Part shown: positions 8,517 through 19,171 of the stretch, in pieces
Layout: the number at the start of each line of letters is the position of its first letter
How positions within the stretch are numbered: position 1 is the first letter of the stretch
Source of the DNA: Raphidiopsis brookii D9
GTDB lineage: Bacteria; Cyanobacteriota; Cyanobacteriia; Cyanobacteriales; Nostocaceae
Length of the DNA stretch: 32,000 bases
Direction: 5' to 3'
NCBI GenBank assembly: GCA_000175855.1
Contig: ACYB01000027.1
Location: 870-32,869, forward strand
The notes under the pieces: generated by a model
Database searches by the model: none
The model's input: the letters and a program-made list of their open reading frames with translations, nothing else
What the model was told of the DNA's origin: nothing
Program-made: the position numbers and the translations under genes

Positions 8517-9866
8517 TCATTGGGTTCTTACGTCGTTCATTTTTAGAACATCATTTAAAATTTGCTCATTGTTATTATCTCGGAAATAAAAATAATTGTA
8601 CAAACAGATGGATATCGATAACATTATCATTCCCTCTATAATCATCAAAAATCCAACACCTCGACCTGGACCTGTGGCAATTAATTTGCCAATACTATTG
8701 GCAAGTATGCCATTAACATGCAGCATGGGCTCTAAAAATTTATCCGTTAGTGGACTGGCACTAAGATTACCAATAGCCACACCTAAGCCCACAGAAGTAT
8801 GTAGAAATGAAAGCACTCGCCCTTGCACATTTGGATCAACGCTATTTTGCCAAATCGCACTGTTGTATCCTAAAACTAGGGGTAGGGTAAAGAAGGTAAT
8901 AAACATACCCAGAGCTATAATTGAAACAGAAGGTTGGAATCCGGAAATTATTAGACCAATACCATTGAATGCGCTAAAAATGAATAGGGTGGAAATAGGC
9001 TTTTTACTTCCGCCCCAAAAGGTCATAAATAAGCTCCCAAGAATCATTCCACAGCCAGCAATCGACATAACAATGCCAAAATTTTGAGGGGAAGAAAAGG
9101 ACAAGATTAGGGGATTAATCAAAACATTAGTCATACCGTCTAAAAAGAAATACAGTGTCATAAACATCAGTAAAATAATCAAAAAAATTTGTGATGAAAT
9201 ATTTTGCCAACCATCCACAATTTCATGAATAATGGTAGAAAAACCTAGCCTGGATTTGATACTTCTTTCTGGTTCAGGGATATGAATGATTAAAAGAGTA
9301 AACAAACCAATAAAATAGGTACATAGATCAATTATCAACAAGCCTTTAATTTGGATAATAGCAATAAGTATGGCCGCTAAAATCGGTGCGCCCAGTTGTC
9401 CTATGGCTGTGCTAAGATGAACCAATCCGTTGGCTCTTACAAGGTCATCTTTTTTCACCATCATTGGTAGGGCCGATCCCTTAGAAATCATTTGAAAAGA
9501 ACCACAAACGGATGTAAAAAATGCTGTTATGTAGGTATGCCAAATTTGTAAGTTATCTGTTGCAATAAGCACTATGAGTACTAGAGTTACGGTAGCTGCG
9601 GCTAGGTCACTAAAAATTATGGTCCATTTACGATTCGACCTATCCACTAATGCACCAACAAAGGGCGTGATTACTACTCCAGGTAGGGTTGTAAAAAACA
9701 CGATTAAACTCAATCCCGCAACTTCGTGGGTGTTTTGATAAACCCAGATACCCAAACCAAAACCTGTCAAACGATTCCCAATTTCTGACAAAGATTGCCC
9801 TAACCAGAAAATAATAAATCTACGTAATTCACCTACTATTAGTACCAGGTTAGTAGCATAGTCCAT
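8517..9866 (-). CDS. MFS-family transporter (efflux-type, ~12 predicted TM segments)
   Basis: 449-aa ORF, hydrophobic throughout, with about twelve hydrophobic stretches. An MFS-like loop motif GALVDRSNRK follows TM2. I did not assign a substrate. Confidence 0.75.
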   Translation of the reverse strand: MDYATNLVLIVGELRRFIIFWLGQSLSEIGNRLTGFGLGIWVYQNTHEVAGLSLIVFFTTLPGVVITPFVGALVDRSNRKWTIIFSDLAAATVTLVLIVLIATDNLQIWHTYITAFFTSVCGSFQMISKGSALPMMVKKDDLVRANGLVHLSTAIGQLGAPILAAILIAIIQIKGLLIIDLCTYFIGLFTLLIIHIPEPERSIKSRLGFSTIIHEIVDGWQNISSQIFLIILLMFMTLYFFLDGMTNVLINPLILSFSSPQNFGIVMSIAGCGMILGSLFMTFWGGSKKPISTLFIFSAFNGIGLIISGFQPSVSIIALGMFITFFTLPLVLGYNSAIWQNSVDPNVQGRVLSFLHTSVGLGVAIGNLSASPLTDKFLEPMLHVNGILANSIGKLIATGPGRGVGFLMIIEGMIMLSISICLYNYFYFRDNNNEQILNDVLKMNDVRTQ

Positions 9867-9961
9867 AGATTTTCCTGTTATCTCCCCTTCTTTATTACAA
9901 TACTATTGCCAATTTTTCTGGGTTCTCCGATCTGGGATGCGCTATCCCGTTTAGGTTAGTA

Positions 9962-10990
9962 TTATTCTCGTGGTAGTGCATTAGCAACTACGACCATATC
10001 AATTAAATGTAATTTTTTTAATGTTTCATTTTGATTTACCTGTTGTTCAAGTTCCAAGATTTCCTCTACACTCTCAATTGGTTTAATTGGTCGATAGAGC
10101 CGAGCTTGAATTTGGGGATATTCAATATATGTGCCACCTTCCATAGTTTTATGTGTATAAAACTGGGAGTGGTAAGCTTCCCATTTCTTGATGGTAAATA
10201 GGGGTGTTGTGGGCAGTTGATAAAGTGCTGATTCCGACTTGAATTCCTCTAAAAATATTGGTTGTAATCTAGGATTAAAGGGATTATCTAGGATAGTTTC
10301 TAACATTTCAAAAGGTATATATCTAACTCCTAATCCTGCACCTAAACCATTCTTACAAATTTTGGCAAATTCCGAGCGCGTAATTAAAACATGTTGATGA
10401 GCAAACTCCTTCTGGGCACGGATATGATAGAGGACGGGAGATTTACAAGCAAATATCACTAAAGAACCATTTGGCTTAAGGAAATTATAAAAAGCCGCAA
10501 TACTTTCTTGGATAACATCTAAACAAATATGCTCAAAAATGTGGGAACAAACGATCAGGTCAAAAGGCCCATATTGGGCAATATCTGGACTTTGCATCAC
10601 TTCATTGACAACATGGACTTTCTCACTATTGAGATGTGATGTATAAGCCAATAAGTTATTGTATTCCTGAGTTAGCCAAAAACCGTCATCTTTTAATTTT
10701 TTCAATAGTTCCTGATCATCATTCAGTAGACACTGAGCGACTAAGGAAGTGTGTAGAAATCTCCGGTGGTCAGGTTCGACTAAAACAATCTTTTTGGCTG
10801 TCCAAAAACGCGGTAGTAATCTGCCCAGTCCACACCCAGCATCCAGAATAACTGCATCAGGGGTAATCAAGTCTTGAATGTTGTTGGACCAAACTTCCTG
10901 ATCTCTGGCTTTCCAGGCTTGATGAGTAATATCTGTAACCCGCTGGTATGGGTCAACTGTTTCATACACTGTAGCAGTAATCTTTTCCAT
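9962..10990 (-). CDS. Class I SAM-dependent methyltransferase with an uncharacterised ~140 aa C-terminal extension
   Basis: Motif I VILDAGCGLGRL, acidic-loop motif II VLVEPD, and post-I/III-like FDLIVCSHIFEHI...LKPNGSLVI. The substrate cannot be inferred. Confidence 0.7.
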   Translation of the reverse strand: MEKITATVYETVDPYQRVTDITHQAWKARDQEVWSNNIQDLITPDAVILDAGCGLGRLLPRFWTAKKIVLVEPDHRRFLHTSLVAQCLLNDDQELLKKLKDDGFWLTQEYNNLLAYTSHLNSEKVHVVNEVMQSPDIAQYGPFDLIVCSHIFEHICLDVIQESIAAFYNFLKPNGSLVIFACKSPVLYHIRAQKEFAHQHVLITRSEFAKICKNGLGAGLGVRYIPFEMLETILDNPFNPRLQPIFLEEFKSESALYQLPTTPLFTIKKWEAYHSQFYTHKTMEGGTYIEYPQIQARLYRPIKPIESVEEILELEQQVNQNETLKKLHLIDMVVVANALPRE

Positions 10991-11088
10991 AATCTATACC
11001 TCAATAAAACTCCAAAAAAACTATTGGTAATAGGTAATTACAACGATTATTGCCATTATAACACTGATATATAACATTGATAAAAGTG

Positions 11089-12483
11089 CTAACTTTCTCC
11101 CCCGACGACCACATCTCGAATCCTTAAACTAGGTCCACCACAACCTACGGGTAACCCATTCTGTCCCCCCTTACCACATCCACCAGATTCATCCCAGTGA
11201 AAATCATCCCCAATTCCTTCTATATCTGCTAAAGTCTGAAAAACATTGCCGGATAGGGTTACATCTTTTACCGGTTCCGCTATTGCTCCATTTCTAATCA
11301 TCCATGCTTCACCTGCACTAAACGTAAACATTTCTCCATTGGTCATTCCTCCTAACCAATTCCGTGCATATACTCCTTCTTTAATATCTGTAAATAAATC
11401 TACCACTGGTGTTTTACCTCTTTCTATCCAAGTGTTGGTCATCCGCACAATAGGGGAAAAATGATAGTCTAAACAACGAGCATTACCCGTGGGTTTTTCT
11501 CCCAATTTACCCGCAGTTTCACGGGAGTGCAAACGTCCTACTAATACCCCATCCTCAATTAATTGGGTGGTTGTGGCGGGCGTTCCCTCATCATCGTACA
11601 AATAACTACCCCGATGACCTGGAGATCCTGCACCATCAAAAATTTGTAGTTCCTCTGGACCAAAACGTCTCCCCAAGGTCATCACTTCCAGTAAATCTGG
11701 ATTCTCATAGGCCATGTCCGCTTCTGAAAGATGACCGAAGGCTTCATGCACAAATAATCCTGTCAGTATGGGGTCAATAACTACAGTGTAGGTGTTACCT
11801 TTGACTGGTGGTAGAGATAAGGCCGTGACTGCTCTTTGGGCAGCTCCTTGTACTAAAGTGTCTAAATTGACTAAGTCATCATAATCTTTACGTGAACCTA
11901 CTGTTTCTCTCCCAGTTTGTACTGTGTCCCCATTCCTGGCTGTGGCAGCAAATCTCATTTCCATATCTACCCATGACTGCTCTATTAGGGTTCCTTCAGA
12001 AGTGGCAATTATTACTTTCTGACTACTATCGTTGTAACGAACGGATGTGGTCGTGATCCGAGAATCAACGCCCTTTAGTATTTCCCGGTAGCGATCGCAT
12101 AATTGTTTTTTCTTTTTTAAAGGAACCGTGGATGGGTCAATACCAGTTATGCCTAGTTTGTAAGTGGATTGAATAACAGGAATAGGAGCGAGAATGGTCT
12201 GTTCATCTCCGACTGTGCGTGCTGCGGAGATAGCTTCTTGAATGCGTTCTTCAATATCGGCAATGTGGTTGAAGCTAGTTAAACCCCAACCACCTTTATG
12301 ACAAGCCCGAACATGGGCACCCATGGAAACGCCTTCGCTAAGAGTTTCTACTTTATCACCTCGCAACAAGATATCGGTTCCCTCTGCTTCTTCCAGTCGA
12401 ATCATTAAGTAGTCAACCTGATTTTTATAGCGAGCAATCAGGTAGTTAAGCAAATCATGGGTGTCCTTGGTTAGTCTAAACAT
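11089..12483 (-). CDS. tldD: TldD-type metalloprotease (TldD/PmbA family)
   Basis: 464 aa. The HExxxH zinc motif FVHEAFGHLSEAD distinguishes TldD from PmbA. The C-terminus is glycine-rich, GGCGKGGQNGLPVGCGGPSLRI. Confidence 0.85.
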   Translation of the reverse strand: MFRLTKDTHDLLNYLIARYKNQVDYLMIRLEEAEGTDILLRGDKVETLSEGVSMGAHVRACHKGGWGLTSFNHIADIEERIQEAISAARTVGDEQTILAPIPVIQSTYKLGITGIDPSTVPLKKKKQLCDRYREILKGVDSRITTTSVRYNDSSQKVIIATSEGTLIEQSWVDMEMRFAATARNGDTVQTGRETVGSRKDYDDLVNLDTLVQGAAQRAVTALSLPPVKGNTYTVVIDPILTGLFVHEAFGHLSEADMAYENPDLLEVMTLGRRFGPEELQIFDGAGSPGHRGSYLYDDEGTPATTTQLIEDGVLVGRLHSRETAGKLGEKPTGNARCLDYHFSPIVRMTNTWIERGKTPVVDLFTDIKEGVYARNWLGGMTNGEMFTFSAGEAWMIRNGAIAEPVKDVTLSGNVFQTLADIEGIGDDFHWDESGGCGKGGQNGLPVGCGGPSLRIRDVVVGGES

Positions 12484-12519
12484 CTTTCTAGTTTTGTTTA
12501 TAAGCTTGGCTATAATTAT

Positions 12520-12958
12520 TCAACCATCTTGATCACTGTTAGGTCTAAAAACATATTTTTCAGCCACCTTCCAATAACGGGAAAATCTTTTCAGGTCAAG
12601 AAAACCATCATAATCAAAAAAGGGTTCCACTGCTAATACTTCCAAATCTAAATGGGGGCGAATCAAATCGCAAATTTGTGCAAATTTGGGACTGGGGCTC
12701 TTAGTAGTGATAACTAAACCAGTATTGTTTTCTCTGGCAAATCTAATCACTTCCTGTGCTACATCTCCCCGACGAATTTCCACTGGTAACTCTATTAGAC
12801 ATTCATAAATGAAAGTTATTCTTTTTAAACTAAGTTGCCATTCTGCAATTAAAAGCATCATCCCAGACCCAAATTGCTGAACTACCAGGATATTTCTTGA
12901 AAGCAGGACTATGGGGACTTAAACAGTCTCCGTTAACCCAAACTATTGGTTGATTCAT
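12520..12958 (-). pseudogene. Frameshifted conserved hypothetical protein; tentative resemblance to the N-terminal alpha/beta domain of the photolyase/cryptochrome family
   Basis: ATG at 12958 opens MNQPIVWVNGDCLSPHSPAFKKYPGSSAIWVWDDAF, which stops after a few more codons. The 113-aa ORF (12520-12861) continues in the adjacent frame as ...LLIAEWQLSLKRITFIYECLIELPVEIRRGD... Removing one T from the T4 run (A-run 12851-12854 on the + strand) joins them as ...VWDDALIAEWQLSLKRI... Confidence 0.55.
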
Positions 12959-12973
12959 ATTCAATTAAATATA

Positions 12974-13762
12974 CTAAATATATATATTTACTAATTCAGC
13001 GGTTTTGGATGGTGTCAACTCCTGAACATTGGTCAACAGTATATTTGCACCTGCTTGCAGCATAATTTTCTGATAAGCATCTCTACGGGATGGAGTTTCC
13101 TGAACATGGGGTGGTAAAACTCCTACAGATACCCAGGTTCGAGAACTGTCCAAAATTTTGGCTTTGGCTACAGTGTGCATATCCGCTACTGTATCCCCTA
13201 CATATATAACCGGTTGTTTTTTGTTTTGGTCTTGTTTGGCAATTTCTAAAAGATTAATGGTAGCGAAAAGTCCTGTAGGGTCAGGTTTACCAGGTGCATC
13301 TTCCATGGCGATTAAAACTGGAGATTTTAAACCTAAGCGACGCTCCAACACATAACTAGCAGATCCACGAGTTGCACCACTAAAAAATCCCCAGCTGATA
13401 TTTGCCTGGGTCAGGGACTCCAAATAACTTGGTTCTAATAATAGGGGTTCATCACAAATATAACCATTCCAGTTTTCTGTGTCAGTACCGCGATAACGAG
13501 ATTGAAAATAGGCAACAATGCTCTCATAATCTAATTGTAACTCTTCCCTTTGGTAACCCTGACTCACAAAATAACGGTAAATCAACTCTTGGGAACCCTC
13601 CCAATCATTGTTCCATATCCCCTCAGATTTGAGGTCGTCAATATCCGTAACCGTAGGACGATAGGCATAGTTAGTAAAATATTCTACTGTATCTGCCAAA
13701 GCACGGCGGTAAGAACCACTCACATCCCGAATTACACCATCAATGTCAAAAACAATTATCAT
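12974..13762 (-). CDS. HAD-superfamily hydrolase
   Basis: Motif I MIIVFDIDGVIRDV (DxDG), motif II SGATRG, motif IV YVGDTVADM. I chose the internal ATG at 13762 as start because the ORF's first 8 codons (from 13786) precede the conserved DxDG N-terminus. Confidence 0.75.
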   Translation of the reverse strand: MIIVFDIDGVIRDVSGSYRRALADTVEYFTNYAYRPTVTDIDDLKSEGIWNNDWEGSQELIYRYFVSQGYQREELQLDYESIVAYFQSRYRGTDTENWNGYICDEPLLLEPSYLESLTQANISWGFFSGATRGSASYVLERRLGLKSPVLIAMEDAPGKPDPTGLFATINLLEIAKQDQNKKQPVIYVGDTVADMHTVAKAKILDSSRTWVSVGVLPPHVQETPSRRDAYQKIMLQAGANILLTNVQELTPSKTAELVNIYI

Positions 13763-13946
13763 AATTAAGCTAAGAGCTAAATACATTAAATCAAATTATT
13801 AGATTATCTGGCAACTTTGCACAAATGGGGATCTTTGTCAAGACCAGATATTTGGGTGGAAACAAAAATATTGGCGTTGCAGAACATCTGATATTATGTA
13901 TACGTAGCCAGGCGAAAACTATAAAATTAAATTAAGGTGTGGAAAC

Positions 13947-14468
13947 ATGTTTAAAGTTTACCCTAAGCAGCTATTAACCTACTACTTCGAGGAACAATTT
14001 AGGTACTACCATTTGGTTTTTCTAGGGTTACTAGCATTATCAGGAGTATACTCAATTAGCTACCTCAGGGGGCAAAATCAAGTTAAAAGTTCATTCAATC
14101 CTCCATCTGTACAGGTAGCTAAAGTGGTGACAAACAGACCCAGTTCCATAAAGGTTGCCAGACCTGTCGTGAAGATCAATAAACAAAAAGCGGTCAAAGC
14201 TGTTTGGAATTTACGACAAGTACAACGGAAAGCCAAGGAGATTAAAACCCTTTCCCAGGGAGCTATTAATGTGGGTGTAGTTGTTAGCAGCTATCCAAAA
14301 ATTAGTCAACCATTTTACACTGTCAAAGTGTTAGAAAATCACCCTGACAGCACCACCAGTCCGGTTTATTGGTTTCGAGTTTCCAGCTCTAATGGTGCAA
14401 TTCAACCCCTAGATTTAGTAAGTAATAAATACACAACTTTGGCAAACTGGAATCCCGATGGTATTTAA
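13947..14468 (+). CDS. Hypothetical protein with an N-terminal membrane anchor
   Basis: 173-aa ORF with one hydrophobic segment, YYHLVFLGLLALSGVYSISYL. I recognised no family. Confidence 0.45.
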   Translation: MFKVYPKQLLTYYFEEQFRYYHLVFLGLLALSGVYSISYLRGQNQVKSSFNPPSVQVAKVVTNRPSSIKVARPVVKINKQKAVKAVWNLRQVQRKAKEIKTLSQGAINVGVVVSSYPKISQPFYTVKVLENHPDSTTSPVYWFRVSSSNGAIQPLDLVSNKYTTLANWNPDGI

Positions 14469-14472
14469 CTAA

Positions 14473-15263
14473 CTAATTCCTGACCACTTTCAGCCTTTGA
14501 GTAATCATGGTAACACCATCATCGCGAACGATGACGGCAGAAATCCATTGGTTTACTGGTTGTAAGGGAGCAGTGCCAGTTTTAAATAACCCCCCGTACT
14601 AAGTAATTCCAAGTTTATTGGTGTAGGATTAAGATACTTATTAGGTTTAATAGTTTCTTCCATAGCGGTTCCCAGGAGGAAGTTATTACCTAATGGCTCC
14701 TTTACAATGGCATCAAAAGCATATTTTTCACCCACCTTCACTTGTTGTGGTAACCTAAATTCCACCTGGGGAGGTTTTTTACCCGATGTCATTTGAGTTC
14801 GTTCTGACAAAATTTCTTGATGGGTAATTTGTGTACCCCTAATGTGCTGTCTTGAAGTGATAGCTGCATTTATGGCAAGAGGACTAGTCTTGTCGGAGGA
14901 TAGACCCGTAATCCGGGTTACAGTTTCTGCAATGATAGTCTTACCATTTGACTTCCAGGATTGTAATTTTGTCTGATAGCTCAATTTAGGGTATCTTTGC
15001 CAAAAGGATTTTAAAGACTGCTCCATAGCTTGTCGAGTTAATCCATCCCCATGGGTAAATTTGGAACTATAAAATCCCATGACTCCCTTGATGTCACCAC
15101 GACTGGAAGCAGCATCAATTTCAGCAATCAGCTTTTTCAGTTGGGGGGGTGCATTACCTGGGGTTGATGTTTGTGTTTGTGCGTATGCACAACTAACTAT
15201 ATCCAGACTCAACCAGAATGAGAACAAAGCAGTACTAAAGAGTAGTTTTTGGTTTGGGTGCAT
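14473..15263 (-). pseudogene. Secreted NTF2/SnoaL-like-fold protein (tentative) with an apparent 1-bp frameshift near the C-terminus
   Basis: Signal-peptide-like N-terminus MHPNQKLLFSTALFSFWLSLDIVSCAYAQ. The ORF 14553-15263 ends ...LLSTGGYLKLALLPYNQ*. The adjacent frame, open only from the G6 run, reads GGLFKTGTAPLQPVNQWISAVIVRDDGVTMITQRLKVVRN* and stops at 14473-14475. The switch point is the run of six C (+ strand) at 14590-14595. Confidence 0.55.
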
Positions 15264-15499
15264 GAATAAACCAACAATTCAAATAAGTCTAGTGAGTTTA
15301 GTTAACAATAGCTAACAAGAGCTACTAATAATAGTTTACTAAGTTGTCCGTGAGATGGGAAAATTCTGCGTTAAATAACAGGATATATTGCCATCCCTGT
15401 TGTATCCCATTGTAGGATCCAATTATAGGGTGCAATCAAAAAAAATGCAGTAACTACAAAAAAATCTCAGGAATAAACAGTATAACGGTATAAATTACT

Positions 15500-16618
15500 A
15501 TGGTAAACGGAAGGTTAAAACTATTAGTAGCTGCTAGTGGTACGGGTGGACATTTATTTCCAGCGATCGCTCTGGCCGAGAAATTGACGGAATATGATAT
15601 CGAATGGTTAGGAGTACCCAATAGACTGGAAACCCAGCTAGTGCCAAACCAATACCCCCTACATACTATCCCAGTGGAAGGTTTTCAGAAGGGTCTGAGT
15701 TTAGCTTCTTTAACTGTCATCTGGAAACTGGTCCGGTCCATTTTTTGGGTGAGACAGATTCTTCATCAAGGTCGGTTTCAAGGAGTATTCACTACAGGTG
15801 GCTATATCGCCAGTCCAGCTATTATTGCAGCTCGTTCCTTGGGGTTACCAGTTATTTTTCATGAGTCCAATGCTCTACCTGGAAAGGTGACCCGATTTTT
15901 CGGTTCCTATTGCACTAGAGTGGCTATAGGATTTGACGTAACTACCAAATATTTACCCAATGCTAAAACTGTATGTGTTGGCACCCCCGTGCGATCGCAG
16001 TTTTTAAACCGCAAAGCCAATTCTCCACTAGAGTTACCCATACCCGATGAAGCACCCTTAATTGTAGTTTTTGGGGGTAGTCAGGGAGCAGTAGGGGTAA
16101 ATCAATTGGTTAGACAAGCAGTAATTGCTTGGTGTAATGCAGGAGCTTATGTTGTCCACTTGACGGGAGATAAGGATCCTGATGCTAACAGTTTACAACA
16201 CCCCCAATACATAGTTTTACCCTTCTATGAAAATATGGCAGGTTTGTTGGGTCGAGCTAATCTAGCTATTAGTCGTTCTGGAGCTGGGAGTTTAGCCGAG
16301 TTGGCAGTTTGTGGTACTCCTGCTATTTTAATTCCCTATCCTTTTGCAGCGGAAGATCATCAATCCTATAATGCTGCTGTTTTTACCAAGGCTGGTGCTG
16401 CTTTAACTTTTCAACAATCAAAACTAACAGCAGTAATTTTACAGAACCAAGTTTTAGAACTATTAAAGTCGCCAACAATTTTACAAGGGATGAGTCATAG
16501 TGCTAAAGCTATAGCTGTTGTCGATAGTGCTGAGCAATTGGCTGAATTGGTGAGACAGATTTTCAGTTCCAACCACACCCAAACCAAGAGTTTAGAAAAA
16601 CGAGAAATTTTCCACTGA
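15500..16618 (+). CDS. murG: UDP-N-acetylglucosamine--N-acetylmuramyl-(pentapeptide) pyrophosphoryl-undecaprenol GlcNAc transferase
   Basis: 372 aa. N-terminal G-loop LLVAASGTGGHLFPAIALAEKL. C-terminal donor-binding region GGSQGA...SRSGAGSLAELAVCGTPAILIPYPFAAEDHQSYNA. Confidence 0.93.
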   Translation: MVNGRLKLLVAASGTGGHLFPAIALAEKLTEYDIEWLGVPNRLETQLVPNQYPLHTIPVEGFQKGLSLASLTVIWKLVRSIFWVRQILHQGRFQGVFTTGGYIASPAIIAARSLGLPVIFHESNALPGKVTRFFGSYCTRVAIGFDVTTKYLPNAKTVCVGTPVRSQFLNRKANSPLELPIPDEAPLIVVFGGSQGAVGVNQLVRQAVIAWCNAGAYVVHLTGDKDPDANSLQHPQYIVLPFYENMAGLLGRANLAISRSGAGSLAELAVCGTPAILIPYPFAAEDHQSYNAAVFTKAGAALTFQQSKLTAVILQNQVLELLKSPTILQGMSHSAKAIAVVDSAEQLAELVRQIFSSNHTQTKSLEKREIFH

Positions 16619-16714
16619 TTTTAACTCTTTACTTCCCCACTAGTCAAGTTTTAGATTAGAATGAGGTATTGCAAACCATAGCAAGTTATAGCCGGATTTT
16701 CCCCGGAGGTACGA

Positions 16715-17014
16715 TTGACCAAATTTATCTTAAAAATTCTCTGGTTAGATGATAATGTGGCCTTAGCAGTGGACCAAGTTGTCGGTAAAGGTACTAGTCC
16801 CCTGACTAAATATTTCTTCTGGCCCCGTAATGATGCTTGGGAAGAACTCAAGAAGGAGTTGGAATCCAAACACTGGATCAGTAATCCTGATCGCGTGGAA
16901 TTACTGAACAAGGCCACAGAGGTGATTAATTATTGGCAGGAAGAGGGTAAAAACCGCCCCATGTCTGAAGCACAGTTAAAGTTTCCCGAAGTTGCTTTCA
17001 CTGGTAGCACTTGA
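16715..17014 (+). CDS. ycf65: Plastid-specific 30S ribosomal protein 3 homologue (PSRP-3 / Ycf65)
   Basis: 99 aa with a TTG start. [21 protein letters not shown]...[28 protein letters not shown] is the characteristic PSRP-3 core. Confidence 0.88.
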   Translation: MTKFILKILWLDDNVALAVDQVVGKGTSPLTKYFFWPRNDAWEELKKELESKHWISNPDRVELLNKATEVINYWQEEGKNRPMSEAQLKFPEVAFTGST

Positions 17015-17036
17015 TTGCTCTCTCCGCCAATTAAAC

Positions 17037-17064
17037 CTGCATGATGGTTACTACCACCATGCAG
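17037..17064 (+). terminator. Intrinsic-terminator-like hairpin between convergent ycf65 and atpC
   Basis: The arms CTGCATGATGGT (17037-17048) and ACCACCATGCAG (17053-17064) pair at 11 of 12 positions around a 4-nt loop. The + strand then reads TCTGTTGTTTATTTTA. The tail on the minus strand is less U-rich (GTTTAATT). Confidence 0.6.
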
Positions 17065-17083
17065 TCTGTTGTTTATTTTATCC

Positions 17084-17494
17084 TCATACCATACCACCAG
17101 CAGCTTGGAAGCGAGCTCGAGCCCGTTTTAATGCTGCCGTAGCCTGTATTTGGGCTTGCCTGTCTCCTCCTGCAACCTGGTTTAGTTTAGTTTGAGCTGC
17201 GTTAAACTCCGAACGAGCTTCCTCTAAATTAATAGTGTCACCACGCTGAGCCCCATTTACCAGGATAGTTACTTCATCTTCTTCAACTTCCGCAAAACCA
17301 CCTAAAAGAGCTATGGACTGCCAGTTGGCATTTTTCTCTGCCCTTACACGCATTACACCTATGTCTAATGCGGTTAACATGGGAGCGTGACCACTTAGTA
17401 CACCTAATTGACCAGTAGTGCTAGGGAGGATTACCTCATCAGCAGGACCATCCCAGACGGTTTTATCTGGGGAAACTACACGAATGGTTAATGT
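17084..17494 (-). CDS. atpC: F0F1 ATP synthase subunit epsilon
   Basis: [51 protein letters not shown] is a canonical epsilon N-terminus. I chose the ATG at 17494. The ORF-track start at 17536 is a GTG extension that runs into the intergenic hairpin. Confidence 0.92.
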   Translation of the reverse strand, partial: TLTIRVVSPDKTVWDGPADEVILPSTTGQLGVLSGHAPMLTALDIGVMRVRAEKNANWQSIALLGGFAEVEEDEVTILVNGAQRGDTINLEEARSEFNAAQTKLNQVAGGDRQAQIQATAALKRARARFQAAGGMV

Positions 17495-17530
17495 CATCTG
17501 TCTGTTTTCCTTGATTATTTCTAATTTGTC

Positions 17531-17557
17531 AGTCACTAGTTGTTGAGACTAGTGACT
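17531..17557 (-). promoter_or_regulatory. Perfect 10-bp-stem hairpin in the atpD-atpC spacer
   Basis: AGTCACTAGT (17531-17540), loop TGTTGAG, ACTAGTGACT (17548-17557). The right arm is part of a tandem heptamer ACTAGTG ACTAGTG (17548-17561). The element lies 12 nt after the atpD stop and 37 nt before the atpC ATG. Confidence 0.55.
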
Positions 17558-17568
17558 AGTGACAATGA

Positions 17569-19047
<1,479 letters not shown>

Positions 19048-19171
19048 TCAAGTTGGTCTTCAAAGACCACAAGATCAAGCAATATCATCTTTTAGGTTAG
19101 CACTTAACGATCCCATCTTTGCTCTAAATTCATCATTTGCCAAGAATTTCCTTTGGAGCAAATTTCTTCTC

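Noticed and set aside
16651-16917. 88-aa minus-strand ORF overlapping ycf65.
   Set aside because: It is antisense to a well-supported PSRP-3 gene, and its Ser/Leu-rich translation is typical of a shadow frame.
17495-17536. GTG-initiated 14-codon N-terminal extension of atpC ([13 protein letters not shown]).
   Set aside because: Epsilon subunits start at the MTLTIRV-type sequence. The extension runs through the intergenic hairpin, so the ATG at 17494 is preferred.
19054-19069. Near-palindrome TGGTCTTCAAAGACCA upstream of atpD and downstream of exbD.
   Set aside because: It is short, has a central mismatch, has no U-tract on either strand and is not repeated elsewhere in the window. That is not enough to call an operator or a terminator.
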